From contig NC_043001.1 in assembly GCF_006345805.1 (NCBI RefSeq), positions 58,652,001 through 58,716,000 of the forward strand: 64,000 nucleotides of DNA, read 5' to 3'. The notes beneath the pieces were generated by a model, which saw only the letters and a list, made by a program, of their open reading frames with translations, had not been told where the DNA came from and did no database searches. Source of the stretch: Octopus sinensis. Taxonomy: Eukaryota. The position numbers and the translations under genes were made by a program. The stretch's first letter is position 1; every line of letters starts with the position of its first letter. Of the stretch, positions 12,448 to 26,859 are shown one piece after another.

Positions 12448-12607
12448 CATATATCCGACGGGCTTCTTTCAGTTTCCGTCTACCAAATCCACTCACAAGG
12501 CTTAGGTCGGCCCGAGGCTATAGTAGAAGACAATTGCCCAAGGTGCCACGCAGTGGGACTGAACATGGAACCATGTCGTTGGTAAGGAAGATACCACACA
12601 GCCACTT
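12150..12607 (-). mobile_element. SINE S2 full copy with internal (TA)n
   Basis: Same motifs as 9340-9797 (CGACGGGCTTCTTTCAGTTTCCGTCTACCAAATCCACTCACAAGGC...GCCCAAGGTGCCACGCAGTGGGACTGAAC). Confidence 0.88.
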
Positions 12608-12888
12608 TTGTATGCATATTTATTTAACTAAGATGCATATAATTATGTATGTATTTATTTATGCATATACATATGTTTGTATGTATGCATGCATATGTGT
12701 ACATATCTTCTAGTTATTTCAGCCATGGCAGGGGGTGAGTTTAGAGAATTTTTTACGTTGAATAAGTCGAACAGAGTACTTAATTTTATTTATCTAAGCG
12801 TGGTACTTACCCTACAGCCCTATTTTGCCGAACTATCACATTACACTATCAAATGATGGGAGAGGACAAATACACGCGCGCAAACACA

Positions 12889-12956
<68 letters not shown>

Positions 12957-12974
12957 CACACACACATGTATATA

Positions 12975-13225
12975 CAGGGTGCGGTGAATAAATTGTCTAA
13001 ATTGCGCAAAAAGGAAAATAACACTGACATCTCAAGTTCATAGATATATTTGCCAAAATTACATAAAAACATCTTGAAATACTTAAGAGAAAATTTATTC
13101 AATAAAATCATCATTGGCCTCAACCACAGTCTCCAGGCGACTTCGGAATCTCCTGCAACTCTTCTGTTTAAGTTGGTGAATACTGCCACAATCCTTGTAT
13201 TCTGAGTGGCTATGTCTTCCATTAT
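12975..13225 (-). mobile_element. 3' end of a Tc1/mariner (maT/DD37D-like) transposon
   Basis: TA followed by TIR-like CAGGGTGCGGTGAATAAATTGTC. The minus strand encodes a transposase-like C-terminus (VFTNLN; CRRFRSRLETVVEANDDFIE*). Confidence 0.7.
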
Positions 13226-13229
13226 TCTG

Positions 13230-13400
13230 TGGGTTCTTATTTCTTCAGAGTTACCCTTCTAACGGTTCTCATTATACAGTGTCCTAGCAACAAAATCATG
13301 TCTCATCGGTAGATATAACCGCAATGACATTTTCGGACACCTGACTATGATGCGGATGATATCTTCAGTGTTAACTCCACAAAGTCTGCATCGGCTTTTT
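13230..13400 (-). mobile_element. RLE-type LINE remnant (zinc knuckle region)
   Basis: Minus strand: CRLCGVNTEDIIRIIVRCPKMSLRLYLPMRHDFVARTLYN. Confidence 0.65.
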
Positions 13401-13409
13401 TTTAATAAT

Positions 13410-13763
13410 TTTCCTTGTTTCAGTCATTTGACTACCACCAAGCTGCAGCAGCGTCTAGTAGGGTTTTAGTCAAGCAAATCGACTCCAGGACTTATTTTGT
13501 AAGCGTAGTAGTTATTCTATCAATGTTTTATCGAACCACTAAGTTACGAGGACGTAAACACATCAACACCGGTTGTGAAGCGGTCGTGACAAACACAGAC
13601 ACAAAGACACACGACGGGCTTCATCCAACCTCCCTCTTAAATCCACTGATAAGAATTTTGGGCGGCCCGAGGCTATACTAGAAGACATTTGCCGAAGGTG
13701 CCACGCAGTGGGACTGAAACCGGAACCATAATGTTGAGAACTAAGCTTCTTTCCACAGTCACC
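13410..13763 (-). mobile_element. SINE S2 copy
   Basis: Shared S2 motifs; short internal repeat. Confidence 0.8.
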
Positions 13764-15323
13764 TTATGTTAGTGAAACGTACGTAAGATGGTGTAACTAA
13801 ATATGCTGTACACAATTTTTCATGTTATGTTTTGTTTTTTATAGAAGTCGTTTTTAAAGAAGTAGTTTTTCACCACGCAGATTCTGGTTCTTTCATACTG
13901 CACTATAAAAATACAGCTACACACACACACACACACACGCACTCACATGTATGTATGTGTGTATGTATATGTATATGTATGCATAAGGCATCCACATGGT
14001 GTTGTTCCGTTCTTGGTAGGGTCAACACAGAATGTATACCATCCAGGGAGAGATTTGTATCTTTTAATAAGCCCATTATTTGCATGGGTCCTACTACCAG
14101 TTTCATGTTTGGATAGTACAGTAATCGCACAGACTTGTATAACACGTTGCTTACTTTCCTGCTACTTGTTTTCTGTATAACACGTCGCTTTCTTTCCAGG
14201 CTACTTGTTTTCGGACAACTGACGTATGCATGTGAAATTAGACAATACGAATAGCTTCTAGTTGAATTTGATCTTTCCTTTGTGTGCCCGAATCCTCGTC
14301 TTCAAGAATTTTAGCAGTAGAACGGTATTGACCTTTAGCTTAGTGAAAAACTAGCTCGTTCTATATTATTATTTCAGATCCGAAGAAGAATCGTATATAT
14401 TGTAATTTGATAACAAATCTATGATTTCATTTTATAGTATGTAACATATTCATTCTCTTTTGGGCTATGCAATATTCGACTGCATCTGCATAGCGACTTA
14501 CAAGATTTCACTTATTCAAGAATATTCAAAAGGCACATACATATAAAATATTGTGTTCAGTGTGAACAAATATACACATATATTCTGTTGCAAAGCTTAG
14601 AGTTAAGTCACCGTTTGCATTACAAACAATGTTCTGAAGTAATTGCTGAAGCGCATATTGTATTACACACTTCGTAAATTGAGAAAAGTACAAAGGTTTG
14701 TTAGTTGAATGATAAAATATGAATAAGAAATATTTAATTAGAGCGTTGTATAGAATGGCACGCAGTATGTATTCCGAATATCAGCATTCTGCGTTCAAAT
14801 CTAGTCAAGGTAAAATTTCCTTTCAATTCCGTTGTTGAAAATATAAATGCAGTGGTTGGAAGGGCGGAACTTTTTAACTATAGGATACAATGTTCCGACA
14901 CTTTACATTCTAACACAAATACGATCTTCCGATTCTACATTCTAAAAGCAACCTATGCAAGCACAAGAGTGCAACGCGGTAAAAGTATAAGTTGGAGGCT
15001 TCCCAATACTTGGTGCGTGATAATGGGAGACTTGCATGTATGGAAAACTGCCAGCTTTCCATGAAAAGGAAGAAACACTTCTGGTTAAAATTTACTGGGA
15101 GAGGATATTTAGAGAAACAATCTTACTGAATAAGATTTGCTTCATGATTCTTGAAGAATGTTCAGTAAAATGAGAACATAGGAAGGGACAAGGAGAAAAC
15201 ATAACAACCAAAAAATATTCGAGAATCCCCCTTGAAAATAATTAACGCACGTTAGGCCTCACAATAAGAGTGTCAGTAACAAATATATACATATATGTGT
15301 GTATGTGTGTGTGTGTGTATGTA

Positions 15324-15404
<81 letters not shown>

Positions 15405-15623
15405 TACATACGCACACATATATCTATGCATGCATGTCTACACATGGCTGAGTTTTAAACAACTCGTCTATACAATAAAGAAAGAAGTCGGGTAAAGTAT
15501 TGACAAGACAAGTACAAATCCTGCAAGGCAGTCAATCAGTGTTTCCTCCATCTAAATGCCGCACATCACTAATACTGCAAGAAAACATTTACATTGTTAT
15601 TTGACCCAGCTTTGTGGTATTTA

Positions 15624-15685
<62 letters not shown>

Positions 15686-15693
15686 CATTTGCG

Positions 15694-15731
<38 letters not shown>

Positions 15732-15749
15732 CATACATACACAAATATA

Positions 15750-15910
15750 CTTACACCTCCTTGTTTTTTCTTTGTCCCTTTCTGTAGAAGAGCGTAGGAT
15801 CGAAACGTAAAATACTTTTATCTATTCCTCAGCGTTATACTAATACATCTGTTTGTTTTGTACACCACCTCACTTCGTCTTTTGTTTTTTTTTCGTAAAC
15901 TCTCCCTATA
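15750..15910 (+). mobile_element. Penelope-type terminal repeat fragment with a degenerate hammerhead-like motif
   Basis: CTTT-CTGTAGA-A-GAGC-GTAG-GATC-GAAAC-GTA-AAAT at 15778-15813. Related sequence lies at ~55005-55110, downstream of the Penelope-like element. Confidence 0.5.
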
Positions 15911-15924
15911 TATATATATATATT

Positions 15925-16110
15925 CTTTTATTCTTTTGCTTGTTTCTATCATTTGATTACGGCCAAACTAGGGCACCACTTTTAGTCAAGTAAATCGACC
16001 ATAGGACTTATTCTTTGTAAGCCTAGTACTTATTCCATCAGTCTCTTATGGCCGAACCGCTAGTTTACAGGGACGTAAACACACCAGCATTGATTGTCAA
16101 ACGATGTTGG
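15925..16110 (-). mobile_element. SINE S2, 3' half
   Basis: AATCGACCATAGGACTTATTCTTTGTAAGCCTAGTACTTATT...GCCGAACCGCTAG. Confidence 0.8.
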
Positions 16111-16269
16111 GGGTACGGCTTATGTATGTATATATGTATAGAGTGTTTGATGTGGTGCTTTTTCTCAATATATATGTATACACACATATGTATATGTACA
16201 CAATCACACACACATATATGTGTTGATTCATATGTATATACCTATGTAAATATTCTCTTTTTTCTTTTC

Positions 16270-16640
16270 TTTTCTTTTATTTGTTTCAGTCAGTGATCTG
16301 CGGCCATGCTGGAGCACCGCCTTTAGTCGAGCAAATCGACGCCTGGACTTATTCTTTGTAAGCTTAGTACTTATTCAATCCCTCTCTATCCTAACCACAC
16401 CAGCATCGTTGATCCAGCGATTTTGGGAGGACAAACACAGACACACAAACAGATACATACATATGTATGCATGTATGTATATACGACGGGCTTCTTTCAG
16501 CTTCCGTTTCCCAAATCCATTCACAAGGATTCGGTCGGCCGGAGGCTATAGAAGAAGACACTTGCCCAAGGTACCACGGAGTGGGACTGAACTCGGAACC
16601 ATATGGTTGGCAAGGAAGCTATTTACCACGCAACCACTCC
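16270..16640 (-). mobile_element. SINE S2 copy
   Basis: CTGCGGCCATGCTGGAGCACCGCCTTTAGTCGAGCAAATCGAC ... GGACTGAACTCGGAACC. Confidence 0.85.
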
Positions 16641-16659
16641 TGGTATTTATTTAGCTTTA

Positions 16660-16725
16660 TGCTTATATGTATGCCAGTATGTATATGTGTGTGTGTGTAT
16701 GCACACTCACACATATATTTAAATA

Positions 16726-16769
<44 letters not shown>

Positions 16770-16866
16770 CGATATATTTACGCATGTATATATATATATA
16801 TAATATACATACAGACATATACATATACATATATCTATGTTTATACATATATGTATATGTGTGTAC

Positions 16867-16901
<35 letters not shown>

Positions 16902-16947
16902 TATATATATGTATGCAACACACATATATAAATGAATATATATATAT

Positions 16948-16979
<32 letters not shown>

Positions 16980-17110
16980 CGTACACACATATATATACTT
17001 AAATACATATATATATATATGTGTGTGTGTTTGCGTATATTTATATTCATACATACATGCATACATACATACATACGTGCATTTATATAAAGATATGTAT
17101 GTATGATTAT
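16660..17110. repeat. Long (TA)n/(TG)n/(CATA)n low-complexity tract
   Basis: Directly visible. Confidence 0.95.
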
Positions 17111-17911
17111 ATATAGATGTACTCACACGCTTTCTTTGCGGAATAAGTTTGTAAAATTCTATATTCTTGTCATATCTGTATGGCAGTGTGTGGGTGTATA
17201 TGTGTGTGTTTCTTTTTCTGTTACTGGTTTATTTTTGCAGTCGTATAAGTAAATTGATAATACAAAAAAGAAAGCAATTCTGAAAAATATTAACACGCGT
17301 CCATTAAGTTATATATGTATCTATATTTGTTTACGTGTCGGTTTGATTTTGTGTTTATATGGGTGTGTATATGTATCTGCGAGCACGCATGTGTGCGAGT
17401 GTAGCATGATGTATGTATAAAAAATTTCGTGGTGTTTTGCACCTTATCGAATAGGAAAAATATAAGTTACGAAAATCTAGAACCAATATCAACAACACAA
17501 ACATTCCATACAAGCACACTTAAATTCATACATGTATACACGCGCGCGCATACACATACACACATTCACTAACGCACATATTCACACACGCACCCATTCA
17601 CACACACTTGCACACACGCACAGAACCAACGCATAAATTGAATTTGCAGATAGAAGTGCTTCCATATGAATAGAAATCAGTGAAATTTCAAGCTGTTTTG
17701 TATTCATAGGCGAAGATGTTCATATAGATAGTATACAAACAAATTCATGTATTCGAATGTGTTTAGTAAGATGACTATTTGCTTTGTTATACATCATAAC
17801 GCACAACTTGCAATTTTTCAAGCTAGAATGAGAATGTATTCATTGTGTTACTCAGTACCTCATACACGTGTGCTCGGAAACGAACTCTCATATACAAACA
17901 TACATATATAT

Positions 17912-17961
<50 letters not shown>

Positions 17962-17963
<2 letters not shown>

Positions 17964-18243
17964 AGGCGCAATGGCCTAGTGGTTAGGGCGTAGGATCGCG
18001 GTTTCGATTCCCAGACCAGGCGTTGTGAGTGTTTATTGAGCTAAAACACCTAAAACTTCCACGACTTCGGCAGGGGGTGGTGCTCCCTGCTGTACTCTTT
18101 CACCACTCCTTCTCCCACTCTTTCTTCTGTTGGCCTGCTCGCTTAGCCAGCGGGGTGGCGTCATTCGAAGGCTAAAACAATGCGAACGCATTGTGACCAG
18201 CGATGTGTAACTACATCTGTTGGACTGGTCGGTCACGTGATAC
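17962..18243 (+). mobile_element. tRNA-derived SINE (family S3)
   Basis: GGAGGCGCAA-TGGCCTAGTGG (A box) and GGTTTCGATTCCC (B box), then a ~220-nt GC-rich body, flanked by (TA)n. Confidence 0.8.
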
Positions 18244-18539
18244 ATATATATTGGTCTTTTTCTGTAGTGCATGTCTGTATTTGAAATGCCCAACCGTCTC
18301 CTAGTGAGTCACTATTATTATTTAACTAGAGAATATAGCCTTCGGGTTACGTATGTCAGTAGGAAACTCAGGCGCTTCACGCCAATTTACTGAGTATAAA
18401 TTCTGTTGTCGAATTATATCGAAACTTAGTGCTGAAAACGCAGTATCCGCCACCATCAATGTCCTTTTACCACGATAGAATGTTCTGTGCATGGGTTTGT
18501 ATGTCCGCATGTTGATATATATGTATATGTGTGTGTGTG

Positions 18540-18593
<54 letters not shown>

Positions 18594-18979
18594 TTCATAC
18601 GCACGTATATATATGTATATATACATAATATATATCATATATATACATACACACACACACACACACATATATATATAAAGATATATACACATGCATACAC
18701 ATATGTATGTGTGGGTGTGTATTCATACATACACATACATATAAATACACATATATGCAGATATAAAATATATGATATCTAATAGATATATAATATATAC
18801 ATGCATATAACACATATATACATGTGTGTGTATGTATGTATATATATACATATACTATATAGCTATGTAGTATATACATAGTTGTATACATATATATATA
18901 TAATTATATATACATACACACACAGACATATATATATACACATATACTGTATATGTACATACATATATATATACATACG

Positions 18980-19021
<42 letters not shown>

Positions 19022-20833
19022 AATAAATATGTATACACATACATACGCATACGTATAGAAACAAAGTGACAAACACTCCTACAAACACATTTAATATCCC
19101 AATACCGTTACACTCGCGAAATGCATTATACAAAAAAAGAAAGGAAATAAAGAAATATATATTTGCATAAGTATATTTCATATGTCGATGGATGCCTCTA
19201 TGAATACCATTGTTTTCTTTTTGCTTTTTGCCAAAATTAGGAAAAACATATTATTGTTGTTTTTGTCTTTGTTATTATTTTGTGGTATAGTTGTGTGGGC
19301 TTTTGTGCAATGTCATTTCCTTCACTCTTGCTTTTTTTTTTGTCTTTTGTTGACTTTTAATTTTTTTTTTGTTGCTGTGTTTTCTGTGTTTGATTACTTG
19401 TTTGTTTCTTTGTTTGTGTGCGTTCAAGTTTGGCATGTTTCAGATATTATTCAAGCTTGCATGCATACGTAAGCACGTGCTTTGTCCGAAAAGGAAGGAA
19501 GGCAACGTGCCCTGAAATGGGATATGTGAAAATCTCAGCTATCAGTCACCAGTGACTGCTATAACATTCCAATGGCCTTACTGGGCGAAGGAACAAATCT
19601 ATTACTGCCCATACCCACTTTCTGAAAACTGTTAGCCTCACCCAGTCAAAATCACATCACCTACACGTGATTCCCTGCATGAGTACACCCCATACCCAAC
19701 CATATTCTCCTAGTTTGCCAAAGACATAGTTAATGATGACGTCATTAGGCCAGAATCCCAATTCATTTTCCCGATTCATGTTGAGTTTCTCACTTTCCCT
19801 GTTTTTCTTCCCCCTTCAGACTGTTTCTTTGGTTAATTAAGATGTGACAATGTAATATGTCAAAGCCAAAACACATATAAACACATGCAAAGATTGAAAC
19901 AAACATACACGCACGCGTACACGCGCACAAATGCACACACGCGCTCGCGCGCGCACGCAGAACCGAATACACCTCTCTCTTTCTTAAGACCTTCAGCAGA
20001 CATCGTCGCTACCGTGCCAGGATGACTATCAACACTACCGTCTACTTCTGATTAACACTACCGCCACCACCACAGCCAAGACCACCACCACCGCCTCAAC
20101 CATCATCACATGCACCATAACTACACACTACCACCACATACGACAACCACTGCAGCATCTACAACCACAATCACAGGCAACTATTACCAAAGGAACCACC
20201 ATAATTACAGCTAGCGCTACTACTTGCCATCGGTAAAAGAATTACCACCACCATTATAAACAGCATTACGACCACCATCACAGAGGGCAGCACATACAAC
20301 ACCACCACCAGTGACATCAACTCCAGCATCGGAAGATCATAATCATCAACATTACCATCACTGCCACAGTTAACACAACCAACAATACTACCACCACCAC
20401 CTACACCAAAAACAAGAAGATTACCCCACCACCAACTATGACACAACATAATCCTTTCCATAACGACTGCTACCTCCACCTTTTAAACACATTCATCTGC
20501 GATTTTTACCGCCCAGCACTCCGTCATATTTCTCATCATATTGTCTCGTTATCCACTCGAATCCTGCTAATAAGGCAGTGTCCGACCCATACACCTAATT
20601 AGCCTTCTTCCACTTATAGTCCAGTACAGCTTTGATTTAAAACACCATCAATACTTATTCAAATCTATTGGCTGTGGCAGCAAACGAAGACAGCGCAGAC
20701 AACCAATACTCAACTAGAATATCAAATGCACAACAGCGTTTAGTAGAAATAAATTGGATGGACTGTATTTTAACCACTCAAAAACAAACAGTCAGATACA
20801 TATAAATTTATATATCTGTATGTCCGCGTGCCA

Positions 20834-20866
<33 letters not shown>

Positions 20867-20894
20867 AGGGAAATTCTCTAATATATATATATAT

Positions 20895-21070
20895 ATGTAT
20901 GTATGTATGTATGTACGTATATATATATAAATATATTTTTATATATGTATGTATGTATGTATATTATGTATGTATGTATGTATGTATGTATGTATGTATG
21001 TATGTATGTATGCATGTATGTATGTATGTATGTATGTATGTATGTATGTATGTATGTATGTATGTATGTA
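20895..21070. repeat. (TATG)n microsatellite
   Basis: Directly visible; a similar tract lies at ~43790-43905. Confidence 0.97.
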
Positions 21071-21227
21071 TTTGTGTGTGTGTATATATATACACACGCG
21101 CACATACAGGCAGGCAGTTGATCGTTTTGGATAAGCAGCGTCGATTTTTACAATTCTGTAAATAATAATAGCAGTATTTTATGAGATTAAAGCTTATAAG
21201 AGATCACCGTGCAAGGATTAAAGAAAA

Positions 21228-21327
21228 TAGTCTAATAATAGGGCATATAAGTCCTCAACGGAAAAAATGTACGGGGAAACCTACTTTTTTTTAACGTCGA
21301 GGACTTATATGCCCCATTATTAATCTA
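21228..21327. other. 100-nt foldback: 33-bp arms (29/33 matches, perfect 16-bp core GGGCATATAAGTCCTC)
   Basis: Arm 21228-21260 versus the reverse complement of 21295-21327, compared by hand. Confidence 0.9.
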
Positions 21328-21372
21328 TTTACTTTAGTTATTGCGCGGTGATCGCTTATAATATATATATAC

Positions 21373-21450
<78 letters not shown>

Positions 21451-23268
21451 AATTATTTAGACTTCTCTATAAGAGATGGAAGCTTCCAACTATACTAAGA
21501 GGTAATGCTTATCGCCACATAAATATGGCTGCTCCATAGGAACACACGTTACTGCTATTTTAACCCCAGCTTGACGCTTCCCCCAGCTGGTTATTCAATG
21601 AATCTGCATCTGATATATATTGCAGTCATTGGAGTGAATCCCTACCATCTTCCAAGCACGAGACTACCAGAGAGTACGGTTTCGACCTTTTTGCATCCTC
21701 AGTGGTGGATACACATCTACTAGAGATAGCTGTAGTTCCCTCCTGCCTACAATATATCGACTACAAGTGTCACAGTTACTGATCTTATCGGGTGTAGATT
21801 TCATCCAATAATCAGCTGGCAAGGGCGTCCTCCTGGGATTAGAAATAGCAGTAACGTCTGTTCTCACGGAACAGCCATATGTATAGAGGATAAGTATTAC
21901 TTATATATATAGGGGTGCACGTGCCTGTTCGTGCATGGTCTATTTGTTTGCGCGTATGTGTGTTTGTGTATGCGCGTGTTTATATGTGTGTGTATAGTAC
22001 ATGAATACATACATATGTACATACAAACAGACATATATTTATACGTGTGTATATTATATACTCGAGTAAAGGCGGTGCTCCAGCTTGACTGCAGTCAAAA
22101 TGACTGAAACAAGTAAAAGAATATAGGCACTCGGGGTGTAAAACCACGCCAAGTGGTCATCGCAGACGTGAAGACTCTTATGAGCATATCATGTGATTTC
22201 ATTCAACTGGAAATCATCAGTAGGAGGTATTTGTGTTTTTTTATGTTTCAAGCGCCTATGTGATAGGATCCCTTAAATCTAATAACGCAGTATTTGGTGT
22301 TCTCACAAGATATCTAAGTTAAGATGGTTATATAGATTTCGTTTTGGTACAGATGTTGCGTCCGTTGCTAATAATTAATGTTAGTAAGCCTGCAAGTTTT
22401 TTACGACATCAATATCTGAAAAGATGCTAATATTCTATATATCGTAGCAGAAAGATTTGACTGGTATGCGGTGACCGGACGCCTCCCACTGATGATATCC
22501 AATAGATTGAAATCACATGAGACGGCAATTCCAGGGCCCCGACACAAGATTCTCATTTGCTATGATATATGTGTGTGCTTTTATGCACCAAGTATCTATA
22601 TGAGAAGATCCTTCAAGGCTGATAACGCAGTATTCGGTCTTCTAGCAAGACATCCATGTTCGGTTAGATATAAAGATTAATTTTTGGTATTAATGATACT
22701 GCTTCCACCACTGATACTTAATATATATTTAAAGTTGTGTGGTTGTATTTATCATACTGTTTAAAATACTTCAAGCAATATCCTACGCATGGAATAACGC
22801 AGTAAACTTTTTCTTTTAATATATCTTCGCAGACAAAAATGATATATCAACCAGAATATTTTCAGTCTTGTGTTCGTATCTCATGTGGGATCGTGTATCT
22901 CTGCAAAATTTCCACGGAGCGGCATATTTTATAAACTATTAATAAGTGTTTAAAGAAAGAGAGAGGTGAGATTTCCATATATAACGTATTTATATCACTT
23001 AGTATGCTTTATCACATACAGGAGCACACGAGTTTACCCAATGCTAAATTGCACTAGAGAAGATATATTTTATTCTGCGCTGTATTTTAAACTACACAGC
23101 ATGCGTACACAATTATGAGCGTCTTTCTTTTACACTCAATATCTCCGTGAACCAAACAACGTGGATCAGTCAATCAAATCTCGCATTGTACACTATATAG
23201 AGACGAGGTGATTATATATACTAAACAAAGAGATGCCCACAATCTATACTCACCCTTTCCCTCACTTC

Positions 23269-23299
<31 letters not shown>

Positions 23300-23437
23300 A
23301 CACACACACACACTTGCGCATACACACATACGCATGCACATACATCTGCACATACAGAAGGAAACACACACACACACACACAAATACCACCACCCATACA
23401 CGCACACAGAGATATACTTAGCATATTTCTGTATGTA

Positions 23438-24719
23438 CGAGGGACGTTCAATAAGTAATGCCTCTGACCCACTTGCAGTTGTTTGATCTAGCTGACATTT
23501 TGCATGTGCAATCATTTATATCTCTATAGAGTAAGTGGCAGCTCTGAATTAATTGTGGTTTCTGATTTACAGGTGTTTGAACCGAGTCAAGTGTGAAATG
23601 GAGCCTGTTGAGTGTCGAGCAGTGATCCGGTTTTTGTATTTGAAAGGACGCACACCACGGGAGACTTTTGATGAAATGAAAGTAACTTATGGTGATGATG
23701 CCCCATCATATGACCTTGTAAAACGCTGGCATCGTGAATTCAAACATGATCGGAACACTGTGGAAACAGCTCCGAGATCTGGTCGCCCCCTCCTGCCATT
23801 GATGAGGCATCTGCCCGTCAAGTTGAGGCCGCCATTTTGGAAGATCGACGTATAATTATTCGCCAAATAGCCCATGAGGTCAAGATTAGTACCGGGTCTG
23901 TGGAAACTATCATTCACGACCATTTGCATATGCAAAAAGTGTCTGCCAGATGGATTCCCAGGTTGCTCACGCCTTTCCAGAAGCAAGAACGCGTCGAGTG
24001 CTCGAGGGTGAATTTGGAGATGTGCCAAGAAGATGAGTCAAAATTTTTCAAAAGAATGGTTACACGGGATGAAACCTGAGTCCATCACGATGATCCAGAG
24101 ACCAAAGCCCAGTCAATGCAGTAGAAGCACCGTGACTCACCCCCTCCAAAGAAGGCAAGGGTGCAGCCCTCCGCTGGCAAGGTCATGCTCACAGTCTTCT
24201 GGGACCAGGACGGAGTAGTGATAACAGATTTCCTGGCAAAGAGTACCACAATTGCAGGAGACTATTATGCTTCACTTTTGAGGAAATTAAGAGAAGTTAT
24301 CAAAATCAAGATGCGGGGCAAGATCAGCAAAGGCATCCTCCTCCTGCAGGACAACGCTCCGGTCTACAACTCGCTTGTCGCCAGATCAGAAGCACAGGCG
24401 TATGGCTATGAACTCCTCCCCATCCCCCCTACTTTCCTGACCTTGCACCTCTGATTTTCACCTCTTCCCAATCATGAAGTTGTTTTTGAAAGGAAAGCGT
24501 TTCCAGATGATGCAGCCTTGATTTCTGAAGTCACGTTGAGGTTGGAGGACCAAGCTGGGTTCTTCTACAAAAACGGTCTCCAGAGCCGCAACAAACGATG
24601 GGAGAAATGCGTAACTCTGGGTGGTTCCTATGTAGAAAAAGACTAATAACTGTGCCAAGTTTCGTTGCTCTACAGCTATGGGAAGTGGGTCAGGGGCATT
24701 ACTTATTGAACGCCCCTCG
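23438..24719 (+). mobile_element. Full-length mariner transposon (1282 bp), inactive
   Basis: 37-bp TIRs CGAGGG(A/G)CGTTCAATAAGTAATGCC(T/C)CTGACCCACTT, with TA on both sides (23436-37 and 24720-21). Confidence 0.96.
23598..24646 (+). pseudogene. Mariner transposase pseudogene
   Basis: MEPVECRAVIRFLYLKG..., SARWIPRLLT (WVPHEL equivalent), VTRDET*, LLLQDNAP, FPDLAPSDFHLFP (YSPDLAP equivalent); in-frame stops and frameshifts. Confidence 0.93.
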
Positions 24720-25462
24720 TATATTCATGCATTTATAAGTGTGTATTTATTGTTTGCACTGAGCAAAGGAGGAGAAGAAAAATATGATAAAAGAAAACTG
24801 CAGCAGAGAAATGAAGAAAGTGTACTACCAGAAATATGGAACACGTTTTAAAATATGAACGACATATACAACTGCAACTAAAGCAACATCTCATTGCCCG
24901 AATGACAGACACGGTGTGTTTCAATATGTAACTCAAGATAGGATATTGCTCCTCACTAAAATCTGTAAATCTTACAATCGAAACTTCTAGAAATTTTCTG
25001 GCCGAATAGAATGCCAAATCATATGCCACTCACAAATGACATGTATATACATACATATGTACTCACTTACATTCAGTATATACATGTGTGTGTGAGTGTG
25101 TGTGTGTGGATATATATACACAGATATAGATAATTGATATCTATCTACACACAGGCATACACACACACATTATATTGTATTGTATTGTATCATATTATAG
25201 TATATTCTTGCCTCAAAGTGACCCATACGCTTGGTTTCATGACCTTCCTTCGCGCCACATGTAGAGTGAGACATGCATAATCCAGTTATGAAACTGAAAC
25301 GGACTGCCACTTTCCCGTTTATGGTTCTAAGTGGAGCCTTCTGTAACGTATCAGTTATGCATGGCCCTCTTCATCCTCTTCTGCAGGTGTTGAGATCTGC
25401 TATAGTCGCCGCCTGCTTGTTCCACCGTTTGAGATTTTGGGGTCTCGTCGAGCTTAGTGTGA

Positions 25463-25570
25463 GTGTTATCATGCACATAGTTTTGTCTTGGTATAAAAGA
25501 TGGGCTAAAGAAAATATTCTGCTCAGTACCACAGATTTGCTTGTCAGTTTCTTGACCCTAACCAGATGAG
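25463..25570 (+). mobile_element. Fragment of the ~560-bp non-coding element (X560)
   Basis: TTTTGTCTTGGTATAAAAGATGGGCTAAAGAAAATATTCTGCTCAGTACCACAGATTTGCTTGTCAG matches the reverse complement of ~35845-35915. Confidence 0.8.
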
Positions 25571-25776
25571 CCTGAACCTTCTAACGCTGGAGATGTACTA
25601 CGGTGTCAGCTGTTCACTACTAATAAATTAAGATAACACCCCTTATTTTTCGAGCACCATCCAAAGTAGTCAAGCAGTTCTAAGTAGTGCTGTTTTCTAC
25701 ACGTGCTCCACTTTATTGCAGCCCCTATTTGTGCCATGTAACTTCTCAAGATTTTTACTCACTGTTCCAAGGGTTC

Positions 25777-25854
<78 letters not shown>

Positions 25855-25906
25855 CATTATTATTATTATTTTTTTTATTATTATTATTATTATTATATTA
25901 TTATTA

Positions 25907-26394
<488 letters not shown>

Positions 26395-26859
26395 TATTAT
26401 TATTATTATATAGTATCTACATTTTGGAAATCATACATGTTTCTTTAATTTGAGGTTTTGTTTGCTTAATAATTGATGATCATTTTGAAGTACAACATCC
26501 CCAGTTGTATATACGTGTAGTTGTGCCATTTAAAGTGTCGAAATCTTTTTCTTCGTTTTTCTTCAAATTTTTGTATCACATGTTTTCCAATTAAGATCAG
26601 GATGCATTATTTTACATTTATAATATTTGGCAGAAAGAAGCACAAGTTTGAAATATTAAAAATTAGCGCTACAGAGAATGTTAGAGAATTTGAGCGAATT
26701 ATTATTTCATCTGTAATTTAGCGACCCTTGAGAATCATAGCGTTGGGCAACTAATGTTCCTAAAGAGCAAACTTACAACGTGAAAACATCAACTGTAAGA
26801 TTAACAGCAAGAAAGAACAACTACAAAACACCATTACAAACAACGACGGTGATAATTTC

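Noticed and set aside
21672-21705. Minus-strand CTGAGGA...GAAAC hammerhead-like spacing
   Set aside because: Stems I and II do not pair convincingly.
22150-22700. Diverged local duplication (ATAACGCAGTATT(T/C)GGT twice, ~345 bp apart)
   Set aside because: Real but short and degraded; no function or element class can be assigned.
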